A DNA stretch of 63,430 bases, filler included, from Octopus bimaculoides (Eukaryota), in the NCBI RefSeq assembly GCF_001194135.2. It is 7 parts of 6 records of this genome, joined end to end, with 100 filler letters (N's around TTAATTAATTAA, not from the genome) between each part and the next. Parts side by side here need not be neighbours in the genome. Positions count along the whole stretch, not along the records: positions 7,792 to 39,534 come from NC_068996.1; 6 more parts are not named here. One strand, written 5' to 3'. Positions 11,901 to 24,400 of the stretch are shown here, piece by piece; the stretch's first letter is position 1; the number at the start of each line of letters is the position of its first letter. The position numbers and the translations under genes are program-made. The notes below the pieces were generated by a model. The model searched no databases. It was not told the DNA's origin and saw only the letters and a program-made list of their open reading frames with translations.

Positions 11901-12807
11901 AGTGGTTGTCTACTCCTTATGTAGAGTTTGACCACCTCTTGTACCTACACCTTAGCACCATCATGGCTTCTGATGTGGCTTTTTAAACTCGACAATGTTC
12001 TAAAAAGACACTCACATAGATTGGATCTCCGATTTGGACCACCAAGAGCTGCAGATAAGTTCTGCTCTTTGTGGATCTTAAAATATCTCTTGAGACCTCC
12101 GTTAGATTTGCAAACCTTCTGGCATACATTGCATTGAAAGGTGTGCACAGACATTAAGGCAGAATAGTTGGTGGAGGTTTGTTTTCCATGCGTTCGCAGA
12201 TGAGATCTGAGGCCAGCAAAAGACAGGCATGGTCTATCACAGACTGTGCACACAAAAAAGTCCTTGTCATTCACCTTCTCGATTGTTACATTCTTCTTTA
12301 GATCTCTTTTGAGTCTTACTTGTGTTATCTTGGCCTCTTCAAATGCTTTCACTCCACTCCACACTTTTGTTCGCCATCCAACTCGATCCGAAGCAAGGGT
12401 TTCTATATCTTCTGGAACCATTCCCAGTGACTTCATAGTAGTCCTTATGCCGTCCTTAAACCTTTTTTAGGTTTACGCCGATAGCGTTTCCCCTCTGCAA
12501 ACTCACCATAAAACAGCTGTTTCGGCATGCGTTCATCTGCCATTCGAACAATATGGCCACACCATCTCAGTTGGTTCCTCAAAATCATAGCTTTAATTGA
12601 GGTGATGCCTGCAGATGCAAGGGTATCTGTGTTTGGTGTAAAAGAACTCCCTTTAATGTTTAAAATGCGATGAAGGCATTTTTGGTGGAATTATTCTAAC
12701 AATTTAAAATGCCTTTCATAACAAGTCCAAGTTTCACAGGAATACAATGATTTGTAAAGAGCCAGCTTTGTATTCTTATTTATATGTCGCTGGCACCAAA
12801 CACGTGA
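11901..12807 (-). mobile_element. 5'-truncated RTE-clade LINE, C-terminus with three C2H2-type zinc fingers
   Basis: LYSCETWTCY...FHQKCLHRIL...QLRWCGHIVRMADERMPKQLFYGEF...KRFKD...LASDRVGWR (RTE thumb), then CTVC-x12-HLRTH, CNVC-x12-YFKIH, SNLC-x12-HIRSH. Confidence 0.92.
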
Positions 12808-13040
12808 TATACATACATACATACATACATACATGCATACATACATATATACATACATACATACATACATATATACATACATACATACATGCATGCATAC
12901 ATACATACATGCATACATACATGCATACATACATGCATGCATACATACATGCACGCATACATACATACATGCTTATTGGATGCACACATACATACATACA
13001 TACATACATACATACATACATACATACATACATACATACA
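12808..13040. repeat. (TACA)n/(TGCA) compound array
   Basis: Direct reading. Confidence 0.95.
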
Positions 13041-14361
13041 GATTGTTGGTTATTGGTACAAGAAACTAACCTTTTACCAACCATATCTTATCAATCTGTA
13101 CTAGCAAGCTCTCAATGGAAAAAGTAGCATACCACATTGGTTAGGTCTGGCAGAGACAAAAATTGTTCCCTAAATGCAAAACCGCCTACAAGCAAAAAAC
13201 TACCGGCCAGTTGCATGCCAGAACTTAATGTATAAGATATATACAGCATGTTTAAACTTCTTCCTCCAAGACCATTGTGAAACCAATAACATTATCACAG
13301 CAGAACAAACAGATGGGAAGAAGGGAGTCTGGGGATGTGCCGAGCAATTGTTAATCAACAAAACTGTAATGTAAGAAGTGCGAGAACATAGGAGGAACCT
13401 AGTTTCAATGTGGCTAGATTACAAGAAAGCCTTTGACTCTGTTCCCCACTCATGGATGCTAGAAGCCCTTCAACTTACTAAAGTTCCAGTGAGAATAGTC
13501 AAAGCCACAGCTGACCTGACTTCATCGTGGGCCACCATCTTGAAATTAAACACAGAATGATTGTATTATCACTGATAGAATACAGTATCGCAAAGGCATA
13601 TTCCAAGGAGGCAGCCTCTCTGTGATGTTGTTTATACTTTCTGTAAACCCCTTCTCATTCATGTTAAGGAAGTCAGAAGGGTACCTCACTGGTTCAGAAG
13701 GAAACAGAAATACCAAAATTGCACACTGTTTCTTTGTGGGTGATTTTATGCAAAGAATATGCATGAGATGAAAAAGAGCCTTGACCTAGTAACAGCTTTA
13801 TCAAAGGATGTAGGATTGGAGTTTGGTCAGGATAAATGTTGTTATATGGTTGTGAAAAGGAGGAGAACTATAAACCAGACTAGTAACATCTCCATCAATT
13901 ATTTGACTGTTTCCCCTATATCTGATGAGGAATGTTTCAGGTAGCTAGGGGTGGATAAAAATATATCTTACAATGGCACCTGTCATTAAAAACACGTATC
14001 ATTAAAGAATATTACAGCCGAATAAAGAAAATTTGGGCCTCATAACTCTCTGCATTCAATAAAACAGTAGCCCACAATGTGCTTGCAGTGCCAATACTCA
14101 TCCCAACATTTGGGCTGCTTGATTGGACTCTTGATGAGATCCGAGCCATTGATATGAAAATCCGGAAGATACTAACAAGCACACATAATTTTCACATCAA
14201 CAGTGACGTAGACCGCCTCCACCTAAAACGAAAACAAGACAAACGATCCAATCCATCACTAGAACTGTAAAAGTCTTCAAAAATTAAGTATATATGGGCA
14301 TGTCTAGATATGTAACTATATGCATGGGAATATATACATAAAACAAAACATACAAATCTGT
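13041..14361 (+). mobile_element. R4-clade non-LTR retrotransposon, copy A (RT domain, internally deleted, own 3' end)
   Basis: NYRPVACQNLMYKIYT, KKGVWGCAEQLLINK, WLDYKKAFDSVPHSW, GIFQGGSLS, GLEFGQDKC, SDVDRLHLKRKQ; then a jump to the 3' terminus at ~14240. Confidence 0.9.
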
Positions 14362-14469
14362 ACACATACATACATACATACATACATACATACATACATA
14401 CATACATACATACGTACGTACGTACGTACATACATACATACATACATACATACATACATACATACATAC
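14362..14469. repeat. (TACA)n array between R4 copies A and B
   Basis: Direct reading. Confidence 0.95.
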
Positions 14470-15591
14470 AAACGACAAGTACTGTGTTTGGCGTGGGAGA
14501 CTATCGAATATACGATGAGTACTATCTCCAATTTTGAAGCCACAACTATCAGTTCTGTTAAATAACTGGTTAATCTTCAGATAAATTTACTAAGGAGGCC
14601 TTTTATTCATGATTTTCGACTGAAACTTGAATTTATCATTCAGAGAGGTACTACAAACAACATGGTTGCACAAACAACAACAACAACAACAACAACACGA
14701 ATGAGGAACAAAACGAAAATAATAGCACAACAGGTAGACAGATTCTCTCTGGCTGTGGTTATAGAGGAAACTGTAAATACAAAACATTTTTCTCGGAGTT
14801 AGGAATTGAATACTGATTAATTTAACTGTTATAAAAGAGCGTAGCAAAACTCTGCTGTTGGATATATGAACAGGCTGAAATCATATTTGAACGGTCTGCA
14901 ACCAGAACTAAATCATTTTACTGTAAAACAATTACGCCAACAAGCAATATTTGCGGAACATAGGAAGAAAATTAATGTAACTTTATTTTAAAAAAAAACA
15001 TCTGAAATTAACCTTCTCACAAATAGTATAAACGAAATCAACCTATGAGAACAATAGCATACCACACTGGTTAGCTCTGGCAAAGACAAACAGATCCCCC
15101 AAAGCCGAACCGATCACATAGAAAAATTTTGATTAATAAAATATATATACCATGTTTAATTCTCTTTCTCCAAGACCGTTGTAAAGTAATAATATCATCA
15201 CAACAGAAGCAGCAACTGGGAAGAAGGAATCTGGGGATGTGCCGAGCAATCGTTAATAAACAAAACTGTAATGTCAGAGTAGCGGGAGCATAGGAGGAAC
15301 CTAGTTTCAATGTGGCCGACTACAAGAAGCCTTAGACTCTGTCCCCACACACAGGGATGTTAGAAGCCCTTCGACTTGCCAAAGTTGCAGTGAGCATAAT
15401 CAAAGCCATTGCTGACTTGGCTTCATCGTGGCCACCATCTTGAGGTTAAATACAGATTCAAGCCTTCACTAGAACTGTAAAAATCTGTCTGTAAACTTTC
15501 CAGTTGATTATTTAAGTATATATGCGCATGTCTAGACATGTAGCTATGTGCATGAGAATACATACATAAAACAAAACATACAAATTTGCAC
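14470..15591 (+). mobile_element. R4-clade copy B (putative 5' end, short RT piece, 3' end)
   Basis: N-terminal motif CYKRA*QNSAVGYMNRLKSYL..LQPELNHFTVKQLRQQA at ~14828-14960; RT piece 15050-15450 homologous to 13100-13550; shared 3' terminus. Confidence 0.8.
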
Positions 15592-15745
15592 ACATACATA
15601 CATACATACATACATACATGCATGCATGCATACATACATACATACATACATACATGCATGCATACATACATGCATGCATACATACATGCATGCATACATA
15701 CATGCATAATACATACATACATACATGCATACATAATGCATGCAT
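15592..15745. repeat. (TACA)/(TGCA)n array between R4 copies B and C
   Basis: Direct reading. Confidence 0.95.
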
Positions 15746-17294
15746 ACAAAAAACAGTGTGATGGACCCACATATTGGCAGAGTAACGTCTGTCTATAAGA
15801 TCTGGAGACTACTGAAAAACAATACAGGAATGATATTCAAAAAGTAAACAAAACCGGAATAACAAAGAAAGTACCATCATGGGTTTTGAAGACAGAGAGA
15901 AAGATAAATGGTTTACGGAAGACCATCAGTCATGTAATGTTGCTTATAGCATGCTAACAAGCAAATCACTATACGTCCCGCCAACAGAAAGTAAAGAAGG
16001 AGGTAGAAATGATGTTTGGAGACAGCAAAAAGAGGACACTCACTTGCAAACTGATTAGCCTCAAGCAGGAGCTAAAAGCTGTCAGTGAAAAAACTCCGAC
16101 ATCAGAAGAGAATAACCGAGAGAACAATAAACAAAAAATTTAACCGCAACCAGGCAGCAGTATACAGAGACATGAGAAGAGGAGCAGTAAACATCACGGA
16201 AGCTCCTTCACGAGAAGACATAGGCTCCTTCTGGAGGAAAATCTGGAGTGAAGAGAAGGAATTTAACCAAGATGCTCTGTGGCTGGAAGAAATTCGAAAT
16301 TATTGCTCCTGCATTACACCGAAGACATACACCGTCGATGGTGATACCCTTTAAGTGTGACCCAGAAACTTCAGGATGATAAAACACCTGGAAGAAACTT
16401 GATAGTTAGATATTGGTACAAGAAGCTAACATTCTATCGACCATACCTTATGAACCTGTACCAGCAAGCTTTCACCGGGAACAGTAGCATACCACGCTGA
16501 TTAGCTCTGGCAAAGACAAAACTGATCCCCAAATGCAGAACCACACACAAAGCAAAAAACTACCAACCAATTGCATACCAGAACTTAATGTATAAGATAT
16601 ATACAGCCTTTTAAACTTCTTCCTCCAAGATCATTGTGAAACTAATAACATTATCACAGCAGAACAAGCAGCTAGGAAGAAGGGAGTCTGGGGATGTGCC
16701 AAGCAATTGTTAATCAACAAAACTGTGATGTCAGAGATGCGAGAGCATAGGAGGAACCGAATTTTTATAAGACTAGAATACAAGAATACATACCCAAAAA
16801 AGTCGCACGACTCTACTGCAACATATCATTAGATGAAAGGATGAGCCTATACGAGCAGAAGACTATGCGTGGATATGTTAGTAGAAAGCTCCGTGATGAT
16901 AATAACATCGATAATCAAAGCAGTTTTATAGTAGATAGCCTGGAACGGGGAAATATTAACCAAATGCCTGATGCACAAAAAGTATAGAGATGCAGGAAAA
17001 GCAGTAAAATGTGACAACCGATACAGACTTTGTGGAGTTCACACTGAAGATATCACCCACAACATAAGCATCACACTGCCTAAATACCAATCTTGAGAAA
17101 TTAGGCTCCTCAAAATCAGAAAGGAGAAAGCTTTTTCGAAGACTACAGATCCAATCCATCACTGAAACTGTAAAAATCTGTAAAACTTTCCAGAAGTTTA
17201 TCTTTTAAATATATATGAGCATGTCTAGATATGCAACTATGTGCATGAGAATACAGACATAAAGCAAAACATAGATACATAATACATACATACA
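15746..17294 (+). mobile_element. R4-clade copy C (pre-RT region, RT start, zinc-knuckle, C-terminus and 3' UTR)
   Basis: RTINKKFNRNQAAVYR..APSREDIGSFWRKIWS..NQDALWL, KTPGRNLIVRYWYKKL, KKGVWGCAKQLLINK, CRLCGVHTEDITH, C-terminus LQIQSITETVKICKTFQKFIF*. Confidence 0.88.
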
Positions 17295-17551
17295 TGTTGT
17301 TGTTGGCACTCCGTCGCTTACGACGTCGAGGGTTCCAGTCGATCCGATCAACGGAACAGCCTGATCGTGAAATTAACGTGCAAGTGGTTGAGCACTCCAC
17401 TGACACGTGTACCCTTAACGTAGTTCTCGGGGATATTCAGCGTGACACAGTGTGACAAGGCTGACCCTTTCAATTACAGGCACAACAGAAACAGGAAGTA
17501 AGAGTGAGAGAAAGTTGTGGTGAAAGAGTACAGCAGGGTTCGCCACCATCG
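17295..17551 (-). mobile_element. Dispersed SINE-like repeat with (CAA)n tail, cut by a gap
   Basis: Minus strand ends ...gtcgtaagcgacggagtgccaacaacaac; non-coding; family recalled from octopus sequence, single copy here. Confidence 0.55.
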
Positions 17552-18499
17552 NNNNNNNNNNNNNNNNNNNNNNNNNNNNNNNNNNNNNNNNNNNNNNNNN
17601 NNNNNNNNNNNNNNNNNNNNNNNNNNNNNNNNNNNNNNNNNNNNNNNNNNNNNNNNNNNNNNNNNNNNNNNNNNNNNNNNNNNNNNNNNNNNNNNNNNNN
17701 NNNNNNNNNNNNNNNNNNNNNNNNNNNNNNNNNNNNNNNNNNNNNNNNNNNNNNNNNNNNNNNNNNNNNNNNNNNNNNNNNNNNNNNNNNNNNNNNNNNN
17801 NNNNNNNNNNNNNNNNNNNNNNNNNNNNNNNNNNNNNNNNNNNNNNNNNNNNNNNNNNNNNNNNNNNNNNNNNNNNNNNNNNNNNNNNNNNNNNNNNNNN
17901 NNNNNNNNNNNNNNNNNNNNNNNNNNNNNNNNNNNNNNNNNNNNNNNNNNNNNNNNNNNNNNNNNNNNNNNNNNNNNNNNNNNNNNNNNNNNNNNNNNNN
18001 NNNNNNNNNNNNNNNNNNNNNNNNNNNNNNNNNNNNNNNNNNNNNNNNNNNNNNNNNNNNNNNNNNNNNNNNNNNNNNNNNNNNNNNNNNNNNNNNNNNN
18101 NNNNNNNNNNNNNNNNNNNNNNNNNNNNNNNNNNNNNNNNNNNNNNNNNNNNNNNNNNNNNNNNNNNNNNNNNNNNNNNNNNNNNNNNNNNNNNNNNNNN
18201 NNNNNNNNNNNNNNNNNNNNNNNNNNNNNNNNNNNNNNNNNNNNNNNNNNNNNNNNNNNNNNNNNNNNNNNNNNNNNNNNNNNNNNNNNNNNNNNNNNNN
18301 NNNNNNNNNNNNNNNNNNNNNNNNNNNNNNNNNNNNNNNNNNNNNNNNNNNNNNNNNNNNNNNNNNNNNNNNNNNNNNNACATGATTATATGCGTATACG
18401 TATATATGCCCACACAAATATTCATATAAATTTTTTATAATTGATTTTAAATATTTTATGTTTGCGTCTTATGTGTTACTATACGATACTATATATTCT

Positions 18500-18712
18500 T
18501 TTCCACTCTAGGTACAATGCCAGAAATTTTGGAGGAGAGGGCCAGCCGATTAGATCTACCCCAGTACGAAACTGGTACTTAATTTATCGACCCCGAAAGG
18601 ATGAAAGGTAAAGTCAACCTCGGCGGAATTTGAACTCAGAACGTAAAGATAGACGAAATACCGCTAAGCATTTCGCCCGGCGTGCTAACGTTTCTGCCAG
18701 CTCGTTGCCTTA
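18500..18712 (-). mobile_element. SINE family B
   Basis: Near-identical to 4441-4658. Confidence 0.9.
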
Positions 18713-18744
18713 TACTATACTGTATATTACTATAATATTGACAT

Positions 18745-19990
18745 CGTGATACTCCTCTTCATCAATCCTATTATACAATTCCTCCTTCATTCTCATTGAT
18801 GTTTGTGCCGAAAGTGACTTTGGAGTCCAAGTCAGTGGTGAAAAAGTCGTAGGCAGAACTCGCACGGGATGGTCGGTGCAGGTTGAGGATGTTGAAGACG
18901 CTCCTTTCTTCTGCGTTTTGCCTCCTCATTCTGTTGCTTGCACTGCTCGAAGGAGCTGGTTCCATTATGGATAGGAATCCTCCAGGCTGTCCTATCCATG
19001 GCAATCTGTTCCCATGAGGATGGCCGGATGTTACTTCAGCCAAGGTCCGTTTGAGTTGGTCTTTAAAACGGAATTTCGGATCACTTCTGGGTCTTGTTCC
19101 GATTGCAAGTTCTCCGTATAGCATGCTCCTTGGGAGACGAGAGGGCTCCATACGCTGGTCGTAACCTGCCATGAGGATGTGATGGCAAAAAATTGTGGCT
19201 TCGAAACTTGGTAATGAGGCGCGGTGAAGAACCTCGTTGTTGGTAACATTTTCTTCCAATTGTATGTTGAGGATCTGTCCTCCAAGTCTCACAAGCGTAG
19301 AGTAGAGTTGACACGACAATGGCACGGAATACTATGATCTTTGTCCGGATGGTCAGCGCGTGATTGAAGAATACACGTTGGCTGAGTCTGCCGAAGACGG
19401 AGTGGGCCGCCCCAATCTGGTTCACCGCGTCCTTTTTACTTGTGGGGGGGGGGGTCTTCGAAAGGATACTTCCAAAGTATGTGAAGTGTTCAACTTCTTG
19501 TAGGGGTTGGCCGTTGATGCTAACTAATATTTGTGGGTGGACTGTTTTGACCTGGTGCAGGTTAGAACAGTGTCTTGGTCTTTAATGCGTTTACCTGCAT
19601 CCCGAAGCGTTCGTAAGCCGCGTTGTAAAGATCGGCCGTCCTTTGTAGGCCATCTGCGCTTCGGCTCGGAGTGGCATTGTCGTCGGCATACTGCATCTCA
19701 CGGACTGATTTGGCGGAGGTCCTCGTCTTTGCACGGAGACGTGCGAGATTGAAGAGTTCGCCATCCAAGCGATAGTGCATGTTGATGGAAGGCGAGTATA
19801 GTGGGATTTCGTTGAACATGGCAGCCATGTACAAAGAGAAACATGTTGGTGCCAGGATGCATCCTTGCTTAAGACCCCCAGTGATGGGAAACGGGTCTGT
19901 GAGGGCATATTGATAGTATACCCCCCACCCACCCACCAAGGTGCATCTGAAGTCAATCAAATGACTAGATGAACTCCACAGATCTATTAT
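18745..19990 (-). mobile_element. RTE/BovB-like LINE, RT C-half to 3' end (pseudogene)
   Basis: GLKQGCILAPTCFSLY, YRLDGELFNLARL, QYADDNA, FGRLSQRVF, LLYACETW, MLYGELAIGTRPRSDPKFRFKDQLK; one degenerate terminal C2H2 (CEFC...SHFRHKH). Confidence 0.93.
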
Positions 19991-20157
19991 TCTAGAAATG
20001 CCATACCTCCATTTAGTTGAGCATCAAACTAAACCGTTGAGTGTATAATGATTTGTCGTATGAGACACAGAGTAGAAGTCTGGCCACGCTGTTTTCATGA
20101 TTTCAGAATTGGTGGCGCCAATATAGCGACTGAGAATTCAGTGGTGCTATAAAACAC

Positions 20158-20270
20158 TATTCGAGGGTATACTGAAAAGTTACTGGTCTCGCGAAAGAAC
20201 TGGTTGGAGACGTCAATAAGAAAAGCATTTGTCGTAGCGGCGACAATTCATGGGAAAACCACTTAGAATA
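20158..20270 (+). mobile_element. Non-autonomous mariner-type MITE fragment (5' TIR)
   Basis: TTCGAGGGTATACTGAAAAGTT resembles the TIR at 25350-25375; shares gaaagaactggttgga with 25150 and 36600. Confidence 0.6.
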
Positions 20271-20901
20271 CACACATGAACGCACGCACGTATGCACGCA
20301 CCCACCCATACACTCATGCGCGCACGCATTGTCTTCTAGGCTTATAATCAATATCGACTCGAAAATTTTATTTTGTACTTATTTTATCGATCTAGTAAGA
20401 CACGAAAGGCAGAGTCAGCTTAAGCGTTATAGAATGCACCTGTTGCGCAACAAAATACCAGCTGGTTTTGCTTGATAGACCAACGGAAACATATATGCAT
20501 ATATCAATACGTACACATGTCACACGCTTCCGTAAACGCTCGCACACACACACACACATACATATTTACACACACACACACGTACATACACACGCATATG
20601 TCTGTAAATCTGTGAGTTGTTTACATACATACATATGGTCTGGTTTTCATGTTTTTTTATTATTGCATTTAAAGGAATTTTTTTTTTTACATTGTTGAAG
20701 CGTGTTAAACATTTAAAAAATATTTTGTAATGTTCATAAAGTTCAATTAGCGCTTTCATACATTCGTAGTAATTTCAAAATGTATTTGACTGACAGCTGA
20801 GTTCTTAACAACTGTAGTAAAATGACCGACTTCTTTTTCTTTATACCGTTTAGAAAGTACAACGAAAGGTACCCACAGAATCGGACACGATCTTAAAAGA
20901 G

Positions 20902-21481
20902 GGATCTTTTTTAAAACGGGGGCCACATTTTTCATTAACGAAACACTTTGAAACTTGGAACACTGGTAGAATGTGTCATATAAAACATCTTTTTCTCTTA
21001 GTCTTCTTAAAAAAAAAAGAAATCCATAAGTTATTCCATGTTAAAGTTGTCGTATTTCTGTAATTTCAACCAATCACTGACGTCCATTCAGCCGATATAC
21101 ATTAAGTGCCGACTACATAAACAAACGATTCTGAAACAATTAACCCTAACCCTAACCCTAGGCTTAGGGTTAGGGTTAGGGTTAGGGTTAAAGCAAATTT
21201 AAAATGAAAAAAGCAAATAAAACGAAGGTATGGAGATTAAATACACTTTACATCGCTTAATGAGCCAAAGGAGTAAATGTAAACAACTGAATACTTGTCA
21301 CTGATTGGTTGAAATTATCGAAATAAGACAATTTTTTACATGAAATAAATTCGAATACAAAAATATTTTTCTGTTCTATAACACAAAATAGATAAGTATA
21401 CGAAGTTTGAAAGTCTTTCCGTACCAAAAACACTACGTAAAACATTAATGAAAAATGTGGCCCCCGTTTTAAAAAAGATCC
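20902..21481. mobile_element. MITE with perfect 37-bp TIRs and 8-bp TSD (Merlin-like)
   Basis: TIR GGATCTTTTTTAAAACGGGGGCCACATTTTTCATTAA at 20902-20938 and its exact reverse complement at 21445-21481; TSD TAAAAGAG at 20894-20901 and 21482-21489. Confidence 0.95.
21141..21190. repeat. Inverted telomeric-type repeats (TAACCC)3-TAGGC-(TTAGGG)4 inside the MITE
   Basis: Direct reading. Confidence 0.95.
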
Positions 21482-21494
21482 TAAAAGAGATATC

Positions 21495-24400
21495 ATGCAA
21501 ATTATCAACATTTATCTCAATAATGGAAACACAACTATCCTACAGGAAAAACAATCGACAGATAAGAAAGATATATATATATATATGAATCTACTTTCAG
21601 AAATCAAGGATTTATCTAAGACCCTATCAGAAGTGGTAAAAACTCCAAGAGAAAGTCTAACACAGCCAGCATGGATACAAGAACTTAAAACAAATTTAGA
21701 AAAAAAAAGCCTATCGAAAAAGAAAACAAATCTGAACGACATGGAAAAACATCTTGTTATACGTAAGCAAAATTTCTGGAAGGCATGCAAATGTAAAAAA
21801 TATGCTGGGATATACAAAGATTGGGTTGAGTCAGACGTACCCATATTTCCCTGTAAATTCTTAGTTGAAGAAACTATAGGAGAGTCAGAGGAAGAAACAA
21901 AACTAAGGTGGGCGCTTACTATGTCAAAATTAAGGACAGACATCTCTATTAATCTATGAGTCGCGATTCAAGAGAAAATACGAGACGGTGGACAATGAAA
22001 TTATCGAGACAATATCGAAAATAGCCACAGGGAAAAAAGCTCAGAAAATGAAAGAGGTATAAATTAAAGATATTTAAAAAAGAAAGTAAGTCAAGACATT
22101 TATAGCAAAAGAAACAATTGTTCCTTGATAAATATGCTGAAAACTACGGTAATGATACATCAGTACGACGTAAAAGAAATATAAGGAAGCAATCTAGCCA
22201 ACACAACATACACGAAAACACGTGGCAAAAAAAAAACCAGTCATCCACAAGGAACTACGATAAGAACGCTTTATCATTTAAAAATACAGTCATTCCTTTG
22301 ATCAAAACGTTAGTAAACAAAACAATCATTCATTTGATCAAAATATTAAAGGAAGAAAAACCGGGAAGAAATCACATTCAAGGCCTCATTAAAAATCACC
22401 GATTAGAAACAGAACAAAAAAAAAGCATACTAGACCGTCAAATAAGCCCCCAAAATTCTGTCACAAACTGAAAATATAAATAATATACCCACACCTAGAA
22501 ACAAGAGAAAAAAACATACCTAACCAAACACCACAAGCAAAACACCAGAGAAAAGATGTTAATAATAGAAAAAAATAAAACACAAAAAAAGAATCTATTT
22601 TTTAGGGTCAGGGCAGCAAATACTGGAGAAAGAAAAGCCTAAGAAGAAACAACTGTGAAACAATTGATAGGATGGACCCTAAAATTATTACTCTGTCAAA
22701 AAGAAATATAGACAGTGACGAACTTCGATTATTAATGAAAGGACTAAAATTCACACCTACTCCTACAGTCAACTATTAGGAACTGGAGGAAGATATCCAA
22801 AACTTTTGTTGGAAACTACGACTTGTGGAGTTTTTTACTGATAAAAATAATGAGAAAGACGAATCCTTGGCGAAAAATAAATCAAAATTTAACCCGCCAA
22901 AAGGACGAAATGCATATCTAGATCAGTTCGTTGATATCCTCTCCAGCCATAACATCAACGTCAGGCTAAACATTTCAAAACTAGAAAAATCTGCCTTTAT
23001 ACGTCTTAAAAATGACAACACAATTGTCATCAAACAAGCGGATAAAGTGGGTACCATTGTTATAATGGATATGGAATATTAACGGGATCTAGCTGAAGAT
23101 CATTTGAAGGATACAACATTCTACCGTGAAATACCCTCAAATATTGACCACCGCATCATGAAGAAATTCAATTATTTAGTCTTAAAACATTATAACTCCC
23201 TCATTCCTAATGAAAGAGTCTATATTACAACTTTTGAGTCGAAATCCAGCAACTTCTATGGCTTGCCTAAGATACACAAGTCAAAAGAAATATAAAATGC
23301 TATAAAGGAATAGTGAATGCATAAAACTACTACAACCAAAAGATCTTAAACTAAGACCCATTATAGCTGGTCCAGCCTGTCCTACATATCGCCTGAGCAA
23401 CCTCCTTGACATTATCCTAAAACCTGTATGTAGTCACATAGCCAGTTTCATTCAGGACGTCATCGATTTCCTAGACACATCTGCCCAAAACAACAGAATC
23501 CACTTCAATATTAGTTTTGTTGTAACAAACTTATAGGCGAACATTCCAAATGATTTGTGAATTACTGCCATAAAATATTGGATCAAGAAACAGAGAAGCG
23601 ATCTCCAGTAGATTTACTGTAACCTTCGTACTAGATGCAGTCAACCTCATCCTCAAAAACAATACATTTCTTTTCAACGGAAAAAACTACCTCCAAATTC
23701 GAGGCACAGTTATAGGGACGCAATTTGCTCCAGTTTTCGCGAACCCGGTATTGGAACAAAACCTATATAAAAAAATTGAAGAAAACTACAGCATGATCTT
23801 TAGAAGACATATAGAGGACAAATGGAAAAGATACCTCGATGATTGATTCCTAATTTGGACCAAATCCCTAGAAAATTTGGAAGAATTCAGCACCTTCCTC
23901 GACAATCTACATCCTAATCTCAAATTCACAAGAGAAATGAGCAACACACAATTACCATTTCTTGACATCATGGTACTCACAATCACAACTGATATTTATT
24001 ACAAAAAGCACAGATACACACCAGTACCTAAATTCCAAATCATGCCACCCTACACACACAAAACACACCATCCCATACTGTCTAGCCAGGAAAATTTGTA
24101 CTATAGGAAATGATCCAAATACTAGGAACATACGACTTATAGAACTCAAAGGATTTCTGCTCAAGCAAAATTACTCTCTCCTACTTATGAAAAATAGCAT
24201 ATGACGAGCAAAAGAGATGCCTATAGAACAACTTAGAGCAACACGAGAAAGAGGAACCCATCAACGAAACATAATACCATTTCTAGTAATACACAATCCG
24301 CATCACCAAAATATTTTTAACATCATCAAAACAAATTTACCAATCATAAAACAAAGTGAAAAATTAAAATACATAATAACTAATGAAACACTTATCTTAA

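Noticed and set aside
21141-21190. Telomere-fusion scar
   Set aside because: Orientation is CCCTAA then TTAGGG (a fusion gives the reverse), and it lies within a TSD-flanked MITE.
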